This document shows positions 21,721 through 31,340 of a DNA stretch of 32,000 nt, piece after piece. Positions within the stretch are counted from its first letter, which is position 1, and every line of letters starts with the position of its first letter. Where the stretch lies: the NCBI GenBank assembly GCA_934476085.1, contig CAKSNE010000002.1, forward strand, positions 28,188 to 60,187, written 5' to 3'. The position numbers were made by a program, and so were the translations under genes. Origin of the DNA: an uncultured Eubacteriales bacterium (lineage in GTDB: Bacteria; Bacillota; Clostridia; Oscillospirales; Acutalibacteraceae). Below the pieces are notes generated by a model, which did no database searches, was not told where the DNA came from, and saw nothing but the letters and a program-made list of their open reading frames with translations.

Positions 21721-23553
21721 TTATTTGTTTCTGTGTAATTGTTTCATTCTTTGTTCTTTTGAAAGAATCATTTTACGAAGACGGATTGATTCAGGTGTAA
21801 CTTCAACCAACTCATCATCTTTAATAAACTCAAGCGAACGCTCGAGCGATAAAATTGATGGCGGTGTCAAACGAAGTGCCTCATCAGAGCCTGAAGCTCT
21901 TGTATTTGTAATATGTTTTTTCTTACAAACATTACAAACAATATCTTCGGCTTTTGGATTTTCACCAACAATTTGTCCTTCGTAAACTTCAACACCGGGA
22001 CCAACAAATAAACGGCCTCTGTCTTGTGTATTAAACAAGCCGTAGCTTGAAGTAGTACCTGTTTCAAATGAAACGATTGAACCTGAATTTCTTTGTTCAA
22101 AGTCGCCCTTGTAAGGTTCATAATCCGAGAAAATATGGTTCATAATACCGTTACCGTTTGTATCTGACAAAAATTCAGAACGATAACTCATAAGTCCACG
22201 GGCAGGAATCTTAAACTCAAGATGAGTCATACCTGTTTCACGAGTACCCATATTAATAAGTTCGGCTTTTCTGTTGCCGAGTTTCTCCATAACTGCACCA
22301 ACATAGCTTTCCGGAACTTCGATCATCAAAAGCTCGATAGGCTCAAGTCTTTCGCCGTTTGGACCTTGTTTAAAGATAACCTGCGGACGAGATACCTGGA
22401 ATTCATAGCCTTCACGACGCATTGTTTCAATTAAGATCGAAAGATGCAATTCACCACGGCCCGAAACCTTAAATGTATCAGCTGAATCGGTTTCTTCAAC
22501 ACGCATTGAAACATTGGTTTCAACTTCTTTAAAAAGACGGTCACGCAAGTTTCTTGAAGTAACAAATTTACCCTCTTTACCTGCAAAAGGAGAATCATTT
22601 ACCATAAAGTTCATTGCGATTGTAGGCTCATCAATTTTAACAAAAGCCATTTTTTCAACATGTTCAGGATCGCAAGCGGTTTCACCGATATTAAGATCTT
22701 CAATACCCGAAACACAAACAATATCGCCGGCAACGGCGCTTTCTGTTTCTACTCTTTTTAATCCGTCATAAGTATAAAGGCGAGAAATTTTAACATTTTC
22801 TTGAGTATCGTCTTGTTTGCAAAGAACAACTCTATCATTTACATGAACAACGCCACGCTCAACACGACCGATACCGATTCTGCCTACATAATCATCATAA
22901 TCAATATTTGAGAATAATAATTGTAACGGACCGTTTGGATCATTAGTCGGTTCAGGAGCTTCATTAATAATCATATCGAGAAGCGGTCTTAAATCAGTAC
23001 CCTTTTCATTTGGATCAAGTGAAGCATAACCGTCTCTGCCTGATGCGTAAACAACAGGAAACTCAAGCTGATCATCATCTGCACCAAGCTCGATAAATAA
23101 ATCAAGAACTTCGTCAATAACTTCTTCAGGACGTGCACCGTCACGGTCAATTTTATTAACAACAACGATAGGTTTTTTACCGAGACCGAGTGCTTTTTTA
23201 AGTACAAAACGGGTTTGAGGCATACAGCCTTCAAAAGCATCTACCAATAATAAAACTGCGTCTACCATTAAAAGAATACGCTCAACCTCACCGCCAAAAT
23301 CGGCATGACCCGGAGTATCAACAATGTTGATTTTATAATCTTTATAAGCAATACTTGTGTTTTTAGCAAGAATTGTGATACCTCTTTCACGCTCAAGGTC
23401 ATTAGAGTCCATAACTCTTTCTGCGACTGCTTCATTTTCTCTAAAAGTGCCCGATTGTTTTAACATCTCATCAACGAGTGTTGTTTTACCGTGGTCAACG
23501 TGGGCAATAATCGCAACATTTCTTAATTTTTTTGTGTCTGTAACATTAGTCAT
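21721..23553 (-). CDS. typA: Translational GTPase TypA/BipA
   Basis: 610 aa. G1 is AHVDHGKTT and G3 is DTPGHADF. The domain order is EF-G-like. Confidence 0.95.
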   Translation of the reverse strand: MTNVTDTKKLRNVAIIAHVDHGKTTLVDEMLKQSGTFRENEAVAERVMDSNDLERERGITILAKNTSIAYKDYKINIVDTPGHADFGGEVERILLMVDAVLLLVDAFEGCMPQTRFVLKKALGLGKKPIVVVNKIDRDGARPEEVIDEVLDLFIELGADDDQLEFPVVYASGRDGYASLDPNEKGTDLRPLLDMIINEAPEPTNDPNGPLQLLFSNIDYDDYVGRIGIGRVERGVVHVNDRVVLCKQDDTQENVKISRLYTYDGLKRVETESAVAGDIVCVSGIEDLNIGETACDPEHVEKMAFVKIDEPTIAMNFMVNDSPFAGKEGKFVTSRNLRDRLFKEVETNVSMRVEETDSADTFKVSGRGELHLSILIETMRREGYEFQVSRPQVIFKQGPNGERLEPIELLMIEVPESYVGAVMEKLGNRKAELINMGTRETGMTHLEFKIPARGLMSYRSEFLSDTNGNGIMNHIFSDYEPYKGDFEQRNSGSIVSFETGTTSSYGLFNTQDRGRLFVGPGVEVYEGQIVGENPKAEDIVCNVCKKKHITNTRASGSDEALRLTPPSILSLERSLEFIKDDELVEVTPESIRLRKMILSKEQRMKQLHRNK

Positions 23554-23593
23554 AAATTTAAAACTTCCCTTATAGCATATTTATACATATAAC

Positions 23594-23621
23594 ATTATAT
23601 CAAAATATAAATTTTTTACAA
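23594..23621 (-). promoter_or_regulatory. Candidate sigma-A promoter for typA (TTGTAA-16-TATAAT with TGA extension)
   Basis: The minus strand reads TTGTAAAAAATTTATATTTTGATATAAT. The -10 lies ~40 nt before ATG 23553. The RBS is AAGGGAAG. Confidence 0.4.
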
Positions 23622-23840
23622 GTAAATTATTGATTTTTTATGCTATGAAATGTAATTTTATGAGTTTTTCCAAAACCTTACCGTTTACATAAATAAAATA
23701 TGTTGAAAACTATGTTAAAATGTTAAAAATTCTAAGTCCTTATTTATCGCATTTTTTGAATATGTTAAATTATTACATTTACATAACAATATTTTTATAA
23801 TAATTTTCAACATAAAAATGTTAAAGTTTAATTATAACAT

Positions 23841-25397
23841 TCAGCCGATATTGTTAATCCCATCGGCAATCATTTTAAATATCGGAGCAGAAGTTTTTGA
23901 GCCGGAGCTTCCGTTTTCACATAACACTACTATCGTATATTCGGGATTTTTTGCCGGATAAAATCCGCCGAACCAAGTTTGGTAAACCGCTTTGCCGTTT
24001 TTATCAAAAATACCGGTTTGAGCTGTTGCGGTTTTTCCGCCTGCACCCGCAAAAATCGGCTTTGCAGCCCTGCCTGTACCCTTTTTAACGGTATTTATCA
24101 TATATTTTTGCAGCGTTTTCGCATCTTCTTTTTCTAAAAGAAAAGTCGGCAAAGTACGCTTTTCATTAGTTATTAAATTTCCTTTATAATCACAAATTCC
24201 TTCTACCAATGTTGGCATAATCTTTTTTCCGCCGTTTGCAATACACTGAATCATTGACGCAATTTGAAGCGGAGAAGTCATAATAACGCCCTGTCCGAAT
24301 GAGAAATTTGCAAGCTCGGCAGGCTTTTCTTCTAATTGCGAAAGCTTCGGAAGCAGTGCACCCGTTGAAACAATTGAATTGCAAAGCTTAATTTCATTAC
24401 CAAAACCAAAGCTTTTAGCAAAATCAAGCAAGCGTTTTGCGCCGATTTTTTCGCCGAGTTTTACAAAATAACAGTTACATGAAACACAAAGTGCTTGTTT
24501 CATATCGGTTTTTCCGTGATTTGCAAGGCAATTAAAACGAGTATCGCCGACATCAATAAAGCCTTTGCAATTAAAATTCAAATCAATATTATAATAAAGT
24601 GCACAAGCAGAAACCAAAAGTTTAAAAACAGAACCGCTGTTATAAGCGGCAATCGAACGATTAAAAAACGGCGAATTTTCATTATCAAGTGCTGCCGAAA
24701 CATTATTAGGGTCGTAACTCGGCACTGAAACCATAGCTCTGATTTTTCCGGATTTGTTTTCTAAAACAACAATTGCGCCTGCGGTCATATAATTTTTTGC
24801 TACATCTTCGCAAAGCTTTTGAATAGATTTATCAATTGTGAGCATAACTCCGTTGCCCTTATAATCTAAATCTCCGTCAAACTTGCCTAAATTGTCAATT
24901 ACTTGCCCGTTTACATCTGTTGAATAATTAATTTTTAATTTTTTCCCTTTTAAAATTTTATTATAAGCCATTTCAATCCCGCAAATTCCGTTTCCGTTTT
25001 CATTACAATAACCGATTAAATGTGATGCAACGCCGCTGTAACGCTTTGGAATTTTTAATACTCTTACAAAGCTTGAAACAAAATTTTTATCAACCTTAAC
25101 TGCAACAGGATAACCTGAAATAAGCGTTTTTCTTTGAGAATCAGTCAGATACTTTGAAACTGATTTTATCGCCTTTGAATTTGGCGAAACCGCTGCAAAA
25201 TATTCATATTCCGCATTAGTAAGCCGTCCGCCGTTTTTATCAAAAATTGTACCCCGAACCGAACCGAGATCAAGAGTTTTCGATGAATTATTAATTGATG
25301 CAAAATCGGATTTTTCATTTATAATAAAACCTATTCTTACAACGCCGACAATTAAAAATATAAAAATAAATAAATAAGAAACAATAATTCTTTTCAA
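23841..25397 (-). CDS. Class B penicillin-binding protein / peptidoglycan D,D-transpeptidase (FtsI/SpoVD family, no PASTA domains)
   Basis: 518 aa with a TTG start after AGGTGA. It has an N-terminal TM anchor. SxxK is SVFK in SGSVFK and SxN is SCN. The third box reads GGKTATAQ (KTA, not KTG). Confidence 0.85.
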   Translation of the reverse strand: MKRIIVSYLFIFIFLIVGVVRIGFIINEKSDFASINNSSKTLDLGSVRGTIFDKNGGRLTNAEYEYFAAVSPNSKAIKSVSKYLTDSQRKTLISGYPVAVKVDKNFVSSFVRVLKIPKRYSGVASHLIGYCNENGNGICGIEMAYNKILKGKKLKINYSTDVNGQVIDNLGKFDGDLDYKGNGVMLTIDKSIQKLCEDVAKNYMTAGAIVVLENKSGKIRAMVSVPSYDPNNVSAALDNENSPFFNRSIAAYNSGSVFKLLVSACALYYNIDLNFNCKGFIDVGDTRFNCLANHGKTDMKQALCVSCNCYFVKLGEKIGAKRLLDFAKSFGFGNEIKLCNSIVSTGALLPKLSQLEEKPAELANFSFGQGVIMTSPLQIASMIQCIANGGKKIMPTLVEGICDYKGNLITNEKRTLPTFLLEKEDAKTLQKYMINTVKKGTGRAAKPIFAGAGGKTATAQTGIFDKNGKAVYQTWFGGFYPAKNPEYTIVVLCENGSSGSKTSAPIFKMIADGINNIG

Positions 25398-25490
25398 AAT
25401 AAATCACCTAAATTTATTTTGCCGAAAAATTGAATAAAAATTAATTTTTTTGGTAAAACTAATCACAAATAAATTAAGGAGATGACACAA

Positions 25491-25700
25491 ATGTTTGATA
25501 AAATTGCATTAATTATTGCAATAATCGGCGGTATTAACTGGGGAAGCATCGGTCTTTTCGGGTTTGATATTGTTGCTTGGATTTGTGGCGGTCAAGGCTC
25601 AATTTTAAGCAGAATTATTTATACTGTTGTGGGACTCAGTGCGGTTTGGTGTATTTCTTTGTTATTTAGAGAAAATGACCATGAAGTTTCGGAAGCATAA
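25491..25700 (+). CDS. DUF378-family small membrane protein
   Basis: MFDKIALIIAIIGGINWGSIGLFGFDIV is the DUF378/YuzA-type signature as I recall it. AAGGAG abuts the track ATG 25482, so the ATG at 25491 has better spacing. Confidence 0.7.
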   Translation: MFDKIALIIAIIGGINWGSIGLFGFDIVAWICGGQGSILSRIIYTVVGLSAVWCISLLFRENDHEVSEA

Positions 25701-25704
25701 ATAA

Positions 25705-25730
25705 AACAGCGGTCATAAAAACCGCTTTTA
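25705..25730 (+). terminator. Weak rho-independent terminator
   Basis: AGCGGT-CATAAAA-ACCGCT followed by TTTTAC. Confidence 0.45.
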
Positions 25731-25823
25731 CATAATAACTCAAAATTTAATAAGCATTCACCTTTTAGTCATATTGCACATAAAATACAAGTGTTGTTTA
25801 TGCAAATTCAACAAATATTTTCA

Positions 25824-25852
25824 TTGACAAAATTAATCAAAGGTAGTATTAT
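25824..25852 (+). promoter_or_regulatory. Sigma-A type promoter (TTGACA-17-TATTAT)
   Basis: Perfect -35 with 17-nt spacing. It lies ~50 nt upstream of ATG 25904. Confidence 0.6.
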
Positions 25853-25903
25853 AAAGATGGAAAACATAGTGTTTTCTAAAAAAATCTAAAAGGAGGCAAA
25901 TTT

Positions 25904-26155
25904 ATGAGAACAGAATTAAACTTGTATAAGCTTAATGCTTCGGAATTTATCGACGCTGTTATGCACTGCAAGGGTAATGTGTTTCTTGAAACCGACGAGG
26001 GCGACATCTTAAACTTAAAGTCGAGATTACTTTTGTTGTCTGCGCTAGGTCAGATGATTAATGGTAAGATTGAGAAAACAACTGTTAGATGTGAGCTTCC
26101 GGAGGATGAAACAAAATTATTCAGATTTGCGCTTTACGGCGAAAAGCCTGAATAA
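25904..26155 (+). CDS. Hypothetical small cytoplasmic protein (83 aa)
   Basis: Strong RBS AAAGGAGG with its own promoter and terminator. I could not assign a family with confidence, apart from a faint resemblance to small HPr-like fold proteins of Clostridia. Confidence 0.5.
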   Translation: MRTELNLYKLNASEFIDAVMHCKGNVFLETDEGDILNLKSRLLLLSALGQMINGKIEKTTVRCELPEDETKLFRFALYGEKPE

Positions 26156-26193
26156 ACCTTACGGTAAAAATAACAAAAGTTGATATACAAAAA

Positions 26194-26232
26194 ACTGTCA
26201 AGACTAATATTGTCTTGGCAGTTTTCATTTTT
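26194..26232 (+). terminator. Rho-independent terminator
   Basis: 11-bp stem ACTGTCAAGAC/GTCTTGGCAGT (one G-T pair) with a TAATATT loop, followed by TTTCATTTTT. Confidence 0.75.
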
Positions 26233-26264
26233 CTAAATCTTTTATAACTTTTTTGTATATAAAA

Positions 26265-26297
26265 AACCTGTTTGCAATAAGCAAACAGGTTTTATTT
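26265..26297 (-). terminator. Rho-independent terminator of gyrA (bidirectional hairpin)
   Basis: AACCTGTTTGC-AATAA-GCAAACAGGTT. On the minus strand it is followed by TTTTTTATATA. Confidence 0.8.
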
Positions 26298-28796
26298 TTA
26301 TTCTTCTGTAATTTCAGTTTCTGTCGATTCAACAGCTTCGCTGTTTTCTTCATCAGCTTTAACTTCTTCAGGTTGCTCTTCTTCCTTATCGGTAATAGAC
26401 ATTGTAATAATTCTTTCGCCGTCTTTTACTTTCATAACTCGAACACCCTTTGAAGGACGGGCAAATTTTGAAATAGAATCAGCAGAAATACGAATTACAA
26501 TACCGTCTGATGAAATCAAGATTACATCTTTATCTTCATCAACCATAGCAATTTGAGCAACATCGCCGAATTTTGCAACACGATAATTGGTAATACCTTT
26601 ACCGCCACGGGATTGAACACGATAATCATCAACGCTCGACTGTCTTCCGTAACCGGTTTCGGTAATTGTAAGAAGTTGTTTATTTTCTTCAACAACTGCC
26701 ATTCCGATAACTTCGTCATCGGGTTTCAGCGTAATCGCCTTAACACCACGAGCGGTACGGCCAAGCGGACGGGCATCATTTTCATTAAAGCGAATTGCCA
26801 TACCCTTTTTAGTAGCAACGATAAGATCGTCATCACCGTCAGTCATATAAGCAAATCTTAACTCATCGCCTTCATCAAGGGTAACCGCATTAACGCCGCC
26901 CTTACGGTTTGTTCTGTAAACAGATAATTGTGAACGCTTAACAACACCGTTTTTAGTACCCATAACGATATATTTATCATCATCAAACTCGCCCATTTTA
27001 AGCATAGCTGTTACACGCTCACCTGATTCAAGCGGCAAGAGATTGACAATATTAAGACCTTTTGAAGTACGGCTTCCTTCCGGTACAACATAAGCCTTAT
27101 TATGATAAACTCGACCGTAATTTGTGAAGTAGAATACATGGTCATGAGTTGAACAGATAAACATATGCTCGGCATAATCTTCTTCACGGGTAGTCATACC
27201 CTTTAAGCCTCTGCCACCACGATTTTGAGCATGGTAAGTATCAACCGGCAAACGCTTAATATAACCCATTTTTGTCAAAGTTAAAACGCAGTCTTCTTCA
27301 GGAATTAAATCTTCAATATCAACTTCGCCTTCAACATTTGTAATTTCAGTGCGTCTGTCATCGGCATATTTATCACGAATTTTAAGTGCTTCGTCTTTAA
27401 CGATTTCAAGAATTCTTGTTTCATTAGCAAGAATATCTTTATAGTCTGCAATTTTTTCCTGTAAAGCTAACAATTCGCTTTCAATTTTTTCTCTTTCCAA
27501 GCCTGTCAATTGAGCCAAACGCATATCAACAATATGCTTAGCTTGAACTTCATCAATAGGAAAACGCTCCATCAAGCTTTCTTTAGCTTCATTAACAGTT
27601 TTTGAAGCACGAATTATTTTAATAACTTCATCAATATAATCAAGAGCTACCTTTAAACCTTCTAAAATATGCTCTCTGTCTTGAGCTTTTTTAAGGTCAA
27701 AACGAGTTCTACGCTCGATAATGCTCTCTTGATATTTAACATAGTTTGATAAAACATCTTTAAGCGATAATGTTTTTGGAACACCGTCAACAAGTGCAAG
27801 CATTATAACGCCAAAAGTAGATTGAAGTTGAGTATAAGAATAAAGTTTATTTAAAACAACTTGTGGATTAACATCTTTTTTAAGCTCGACAACTACTCTC
27901 ATACCATTGCGGTTTGAATAGTCGGCAACATCATCAATACCTTCGATTTTTTTAGAATCAGCAAGGTCAACAATTGTTTTAACAAGCTTCTTTTTATTAA
28001 CCTGATAAGGAATTTCGGTGATAATAATTCTGAATTTATTTGTTTTTTCTTCTTCGATTTCGGCTCTGCCTCGAACACAGATTTTGCCTCGACCGGTTGC
28101 ATAAGCAGCTCTAATACCGCTTCTGCCCATAATAATACCGCCTGTCGGAAAGTCAGGGCCCGGTAAATATTCCATCATTTCTTCAACAGAAATATCTTTA
28201 TTATCAATATAAGCTACCATACAATCAATAACTTCTGCAAGATTATGAGGCGGAATATTTGTTGTCATACCAACAGCGATACCCATTGAACCGTTAACCA
28301 AAAGGCTAGGAATTCTTGATGGCAAAGTTACAGGTTCTTTCAAACGGTCATCATAGTTAGGTACAAAATCAACTGTATCTTTTTCAATATCCGTAAGCAT
28401 TTCAACTGCCATTTTGCTCATTCTGGCTTCGGTATAACGATAAGCAGCGGCAGGGTGACCGTCAACAGAACCAAAGTTACCGTGACCGTCAATCATTTCA
28501 TATCGCATTGAAAAGTCCTGTGCCATACGAACGAGTGCATCATAAACAGAGGCGTCGCCATGTGGATGGTAAGAACCGAGCACCGCACCGACGATATCGG
28601 CACATTTACGATATGCATTATCAGGAGTTAAGTTTCTTTCATGCATTGTATAAAGAATTCTTCTGTGAACAGGTTTTAAACCGTCACGAACATCAGGCAA
28701 CGCACGAGAAACGATAACCGACATTGAATATTCCAAAAAGGCTTTTTCGACTTCATCGGAAATTTCTATTGGAATAATTTTTTCATCTAAACTCAA
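26298..28796 (-). CDS. gyrA: DNA gyrase subunit A
   Basis: 832 aa with a TTG start. The QRDR reads YHPHGDASVYDALVRMAQ and the active-site region AAAYRYTEARM. The C-terminal tail is acidic. Confidence 0.97.
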   Translation of the reverse strand: MSLDEKIIPIEISDEVEKAFLEYSMSVIVSRALPDVRDGLKPVHRRILYTMHERNLTPDNAYRKCADIVGAVLGSYHPHGDASVYDALVRMAQDFSMRYEMIDGHGNFGSVDGHPAAAYRYTEARMSKMAVEMLTDIEKDTVDFVPNYDDRLKEPVTLPSRIPSLLVNGSMGIAVGMTTNIPPHNLAEVIDCMVAYIDNKDISVEEMMEYLPGPDFPTGGIIMGRSGIRAAYATGRGKICVRGRAEIEEEKTNKFRIIITEIPYQVNKKKLVKTIVDLADSKKIEGIDDVADYSNRNGMRVVVELKKDVNPQVVLNKLYSYTQLQSTFGVIMLALVDGVPKTLSLKDVLSNYVKYQESIIERRTRFDLKKAQDREHILEGLKVALDYIDEVIKIIRASKTVNEAKESLMERFPIDEVQAKHIVDMRLAQLTGLEREKIESELLALQEKIADYKDILANETRILEIVKDEALKIRDKYADDRRTEITNVEGEVDIEDLIPEEDCVLTLTKMGYIKRLPVDTYHAQNRGGRGLKGMTTREEDYAEHMFICSTHDHVFYFTNYGRVYHNKAYVVPEGSRTSKGLNIVNLLPLESGERVTAMLKMGEFDDDKYIVMGTKNGVVKRSQLSVYRTNRKGGVNAVTLDEGDELRFAYMTDGDDDLIVATKKGMAIRFNENDARPLGRTARGVKAITLKPDDEVIGMAVVEENKQLLTITETGYGRQSSVDDYRVQSRGGKGITNYRVAKFGDVAQIAMVDEDKDVILISSDGIVIRISADSISKFARPSKGVRVMKVKDGERIITMSITDKEEEQPEEVKADEENSEAVESTETEITEE

Positions 28797-28798
28797 AT

Positions 28799-29308
28799 TT
28801 ATTCACCTATCTTTTCTTGATTTTCATCATTTATATCAGCTAAATAATTTAAAACTTTTTCAAAAGGCGATTTTACTTCGCCAACCAAAACACGTTTTGG
28901 AATTGCCATTAAGCGACCGTCATCAAGCGCAATAATAACTTCTAAATCGTTTTCTAATATTTTTAAAACATCTTGTTTTTCAATATTCCAATTTGCTTCA
29001 TAAGCTTCAACAACTACATTTATATATGTATCATAAGCGGTAAGAACGGTAAGTTCACCGGTTGTTGAACCACGAACAGTATTTTCTTCATGTTTTTTAT
29101 AGCCGAAATAAGCAAACAAGTTTGCAAAACCCAAAGCTACTATTATTGAATAAGTTGTAGGCTCGCCGGGAACAAAAGTTAAAACACAAAATACAACAGA
29201 AAATACTAAAATTAAAATCATTTTCTTTTTATAAGGCTTTAACACCCCCGCGGTAAACAGTGCTTGTTTTACTTCATCAGCAGATAAAATATAAGAAATA
29301 CTATTCAT
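28799..29308 (-). CDS. Two-TM membrane protein (YcxB-like, tentative) encoded between gyrB and gyrA
   Basis: 169 aa. There are two hydrophobic helices (residues ~30-47 and 52-69) followed by a soluble domain. AAGGAG RBS. Its stop lies 2 nt before the gyrA TTG start. Confidence 0.5.
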   Translation of the reverse strand: MNSISYILSADEVKQALFTAGVLKPYKKKMILILVFSVVFCVLTFVPGEPTTYSIIVALGFANLFAYFGYKKHEENTVRGSTTGELTVLTAYDTYINVVVEAYEANWNIEKQDVLKILENDLEVIIALDDGRLMAIPKRVLVGEVKSPFEKVLNYLADINDENQEKIGE

Positions 29309-29347
29309 TATTACTCCTTTTTAATTTTAAAAGTTTATAGTTTATAA

Positions 29348-31312
29348 TTAAAAATCGAGATTTTCAACAAATTGAGCGTTTTCTTCAATAAACTTTCTTC
29401 TAGGTTCAACTTCGTCACCCATCAAAAGTGTAAACACTCCGTCTGCACGCTCAGCGTCAGACATTGTAACTTTTCTCATTGTTCTGAAAGCCGGATCCAT
29501 AGTAGTTTCCCAAAGTTGTTCCGGATCCATCTCACCAAGACCTTTATAACGCTGAATTGAAGCATTTCCGCCTAATTGAGCATTATACTGATCTCTTTCT
29601 TCTTCATTAAACGCATATTTTTTAACTTTACCTTTTTTAACTTCAAAAAGAGGCGGTTGAGCTAAATAAACATGGCCTTGAGAAATAAGTTCAGGCATAT
29701 ATCTAAAGAAAAATGTCAAAAGAAGTGTTCTGATATGAGCACCGTCGACATCGGCATCGGCCATAATAATAATTTTGTCATAACGAAGCTTTGAAATATC
29801 AAAATTATCGCCGATACCTGTTCCGAGAGCTACTACAACAGGAGTTAATTTATCATTACCGTAAACTTTATCAACTCTTGCTTTTTCAACATTAAGCATT
29901 TTACCCCAAAGCGGTAAAATAGCCTGAAAGTTTGAATCACGACCTTTTGATGCAGAACCGCCCGCAGAGTCACCCTCTACGATATAAAGCTCTGTACGGC
30001 TGGCATCTTTTGAAATACAATCATCAAGTTTTTCAGGCATTCTTGATTTACCGATACCTGAAGATTTTGTACGCTCAAGCTCTCTTGCTTTTTGAGCTTT
30101 TTCTCTCGCATTAGATGCACTCATTACCTTTGAAATAAGGATTTTTGCAATTTGAGGATTATTTTCAAGATAGTCATTTAAATTTTCGGTCATTGCATTT
30201 GAAACCAATGTTCCGATATAAGTATTACCGAGTTTTGCTTTAGTTTGTCCTTCAAACTGTGCATCGGTAAGCTTAACTGAAATTACGGCAATAAGGCCTT
30301 CTTGAACATCTTCGCCTTTAAAATTAGAATCATTATCTTTTAAAAACTTAAATTTTCTTGCATAGCTGTTAATAACTCTTGTAAGTGATGTTTTAAAAGC
30401 TGATTCATGAGTACCGCCGTCAACGGTATGAATATTATTTGCAAAAGATATAATATTTGTATCATAACCTGTATTATAAAGCATAGCAATCTCAACCATT
30501 GCGTCGCCTTTTGTTGCTGATACATAAATAGGCTCATCAAAGAATTTATCTGCACGCTTTTTCTCTAAAATAAACTCACAGTAAGAGCGGATACCGCCTT
30601 CAAAATGAAGAACATCTTTTCTTAAATTACCGTCATCATCTGTTTCGCCGTCGTGACGTTTATCTTCAAGATTAATTCTGATACCGGCATTTAAGAAAGC
30701 TTGTTCACGAAGTCTTGTCAACAAAATATCATAATCGTATCTTGTAGTTTCTGTAAAAATATCAGCACTAGGTTTGAAAGTAACTGTTGTACCTGTTTCA
30801 TCAGTATCTCCGATAACCTTTAAATCGCCAACAGGATTTCCCTTTTCAAAACGCTGAAAATGTCTTTTTCCGTCTTTTCTTACTTCAACTTCAAGCCAAT
30901 CAGAAAGAGCATTTACAACTGATGAACCAACACCGTGCAAACCGCCCGAAACCTTATAGCCCGAACCACCGAATTTACCGCCGGCATGAAGTACAGTAAA
31001 TACAACTGTAACCGCAGGAAGTCCCATTTTTGCTTGAATATCAACAGGAATACCACGTCCGTTATCAGAAACTCTGATAATATCGTCGTCAAGTATTTCA
31101 ACATCAATATCTGAACAATATCCGGCAAGTGCTTCATCAATAGAGTTATCAACAATTTCATAAACCAAATGATGAAGTCCTCGTTCGCCTGTTGAACCGA
31201 TATACATACCCGGTCTTTTTCTTACAGCTTCAAGTCCTTCTAATACCTGTATCGCAGACGCGTCGTATTCTTCTTCAACAACAGTGTTCATTACATTTTC
31301 GTTATTATCCAA
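29348..31312 (-). CDS. gyrB: DNA gyrase subunit B
   Basis: 654 aa. The TTG start lies 7 nt after GAGGA. It contains [16 protein letters not shown] (GHKL ATPase), the Toprim motif EGDSAGG and [12 protein letters not shown]. Confidence 0.97.
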   Translation of the reverse strand: MDNNENVMNTVVEEEYDASAIQVLEGLEAVRKRPGMYIGSTGERGLHHLVYEIVDNSIDEALAGYCSDIDVEILDDDIIRVSDNGRGIPVDIQAKMGLPAVTVVFTVLHAGGKFGGSGYKVSGGLHGVGSSVVNALSDWLEVEVRKDGKRHFQRFEKGNPVGDLKVIGDTDETGTTVTFKPSADIFTETTRYDYDILLTRLREQAFLNAGIRINLEDKRHDGETDDDGNLRKDVLHFEGGIRSYCEFILEKKRADKFFDEPIYVSATKGDAMVEIAMLYNTGYDTNIISFANNIHTVDGGTHESAFKTSLTRVINSYARKFKFLKDNDSNFKGEDVQEGLIAVISVKLTDAQFEGQTKAKLGNTYIGTLVSNAMTENLNDYLENNPQIAKILISKVMSASNAREKAQKARELERTKSSGIGKSRMPEKLDDCISKDASRTELYIVEGDSAGGSASKGRDSNFQAILPLWGKMLNVEKARVDKVYGNDKLTPVVVALGTGIGDNFDISKLRYDKIIIMADADVDGAHIRTLLLTFFFRYMPELISQGHVYLAQPPLFEVKKGKVKKYAFNEEERDQYNAQLGGNASIQRYKGLGEMDPEQLWETTMDPAFRTMRKVTMSDAERADGVFTLLMGDEVEPRRKFIEENAQFVENLDF

Positions 31313-31340
31313 ACCTATTTCCTCTTTTCAATATTTTTTT

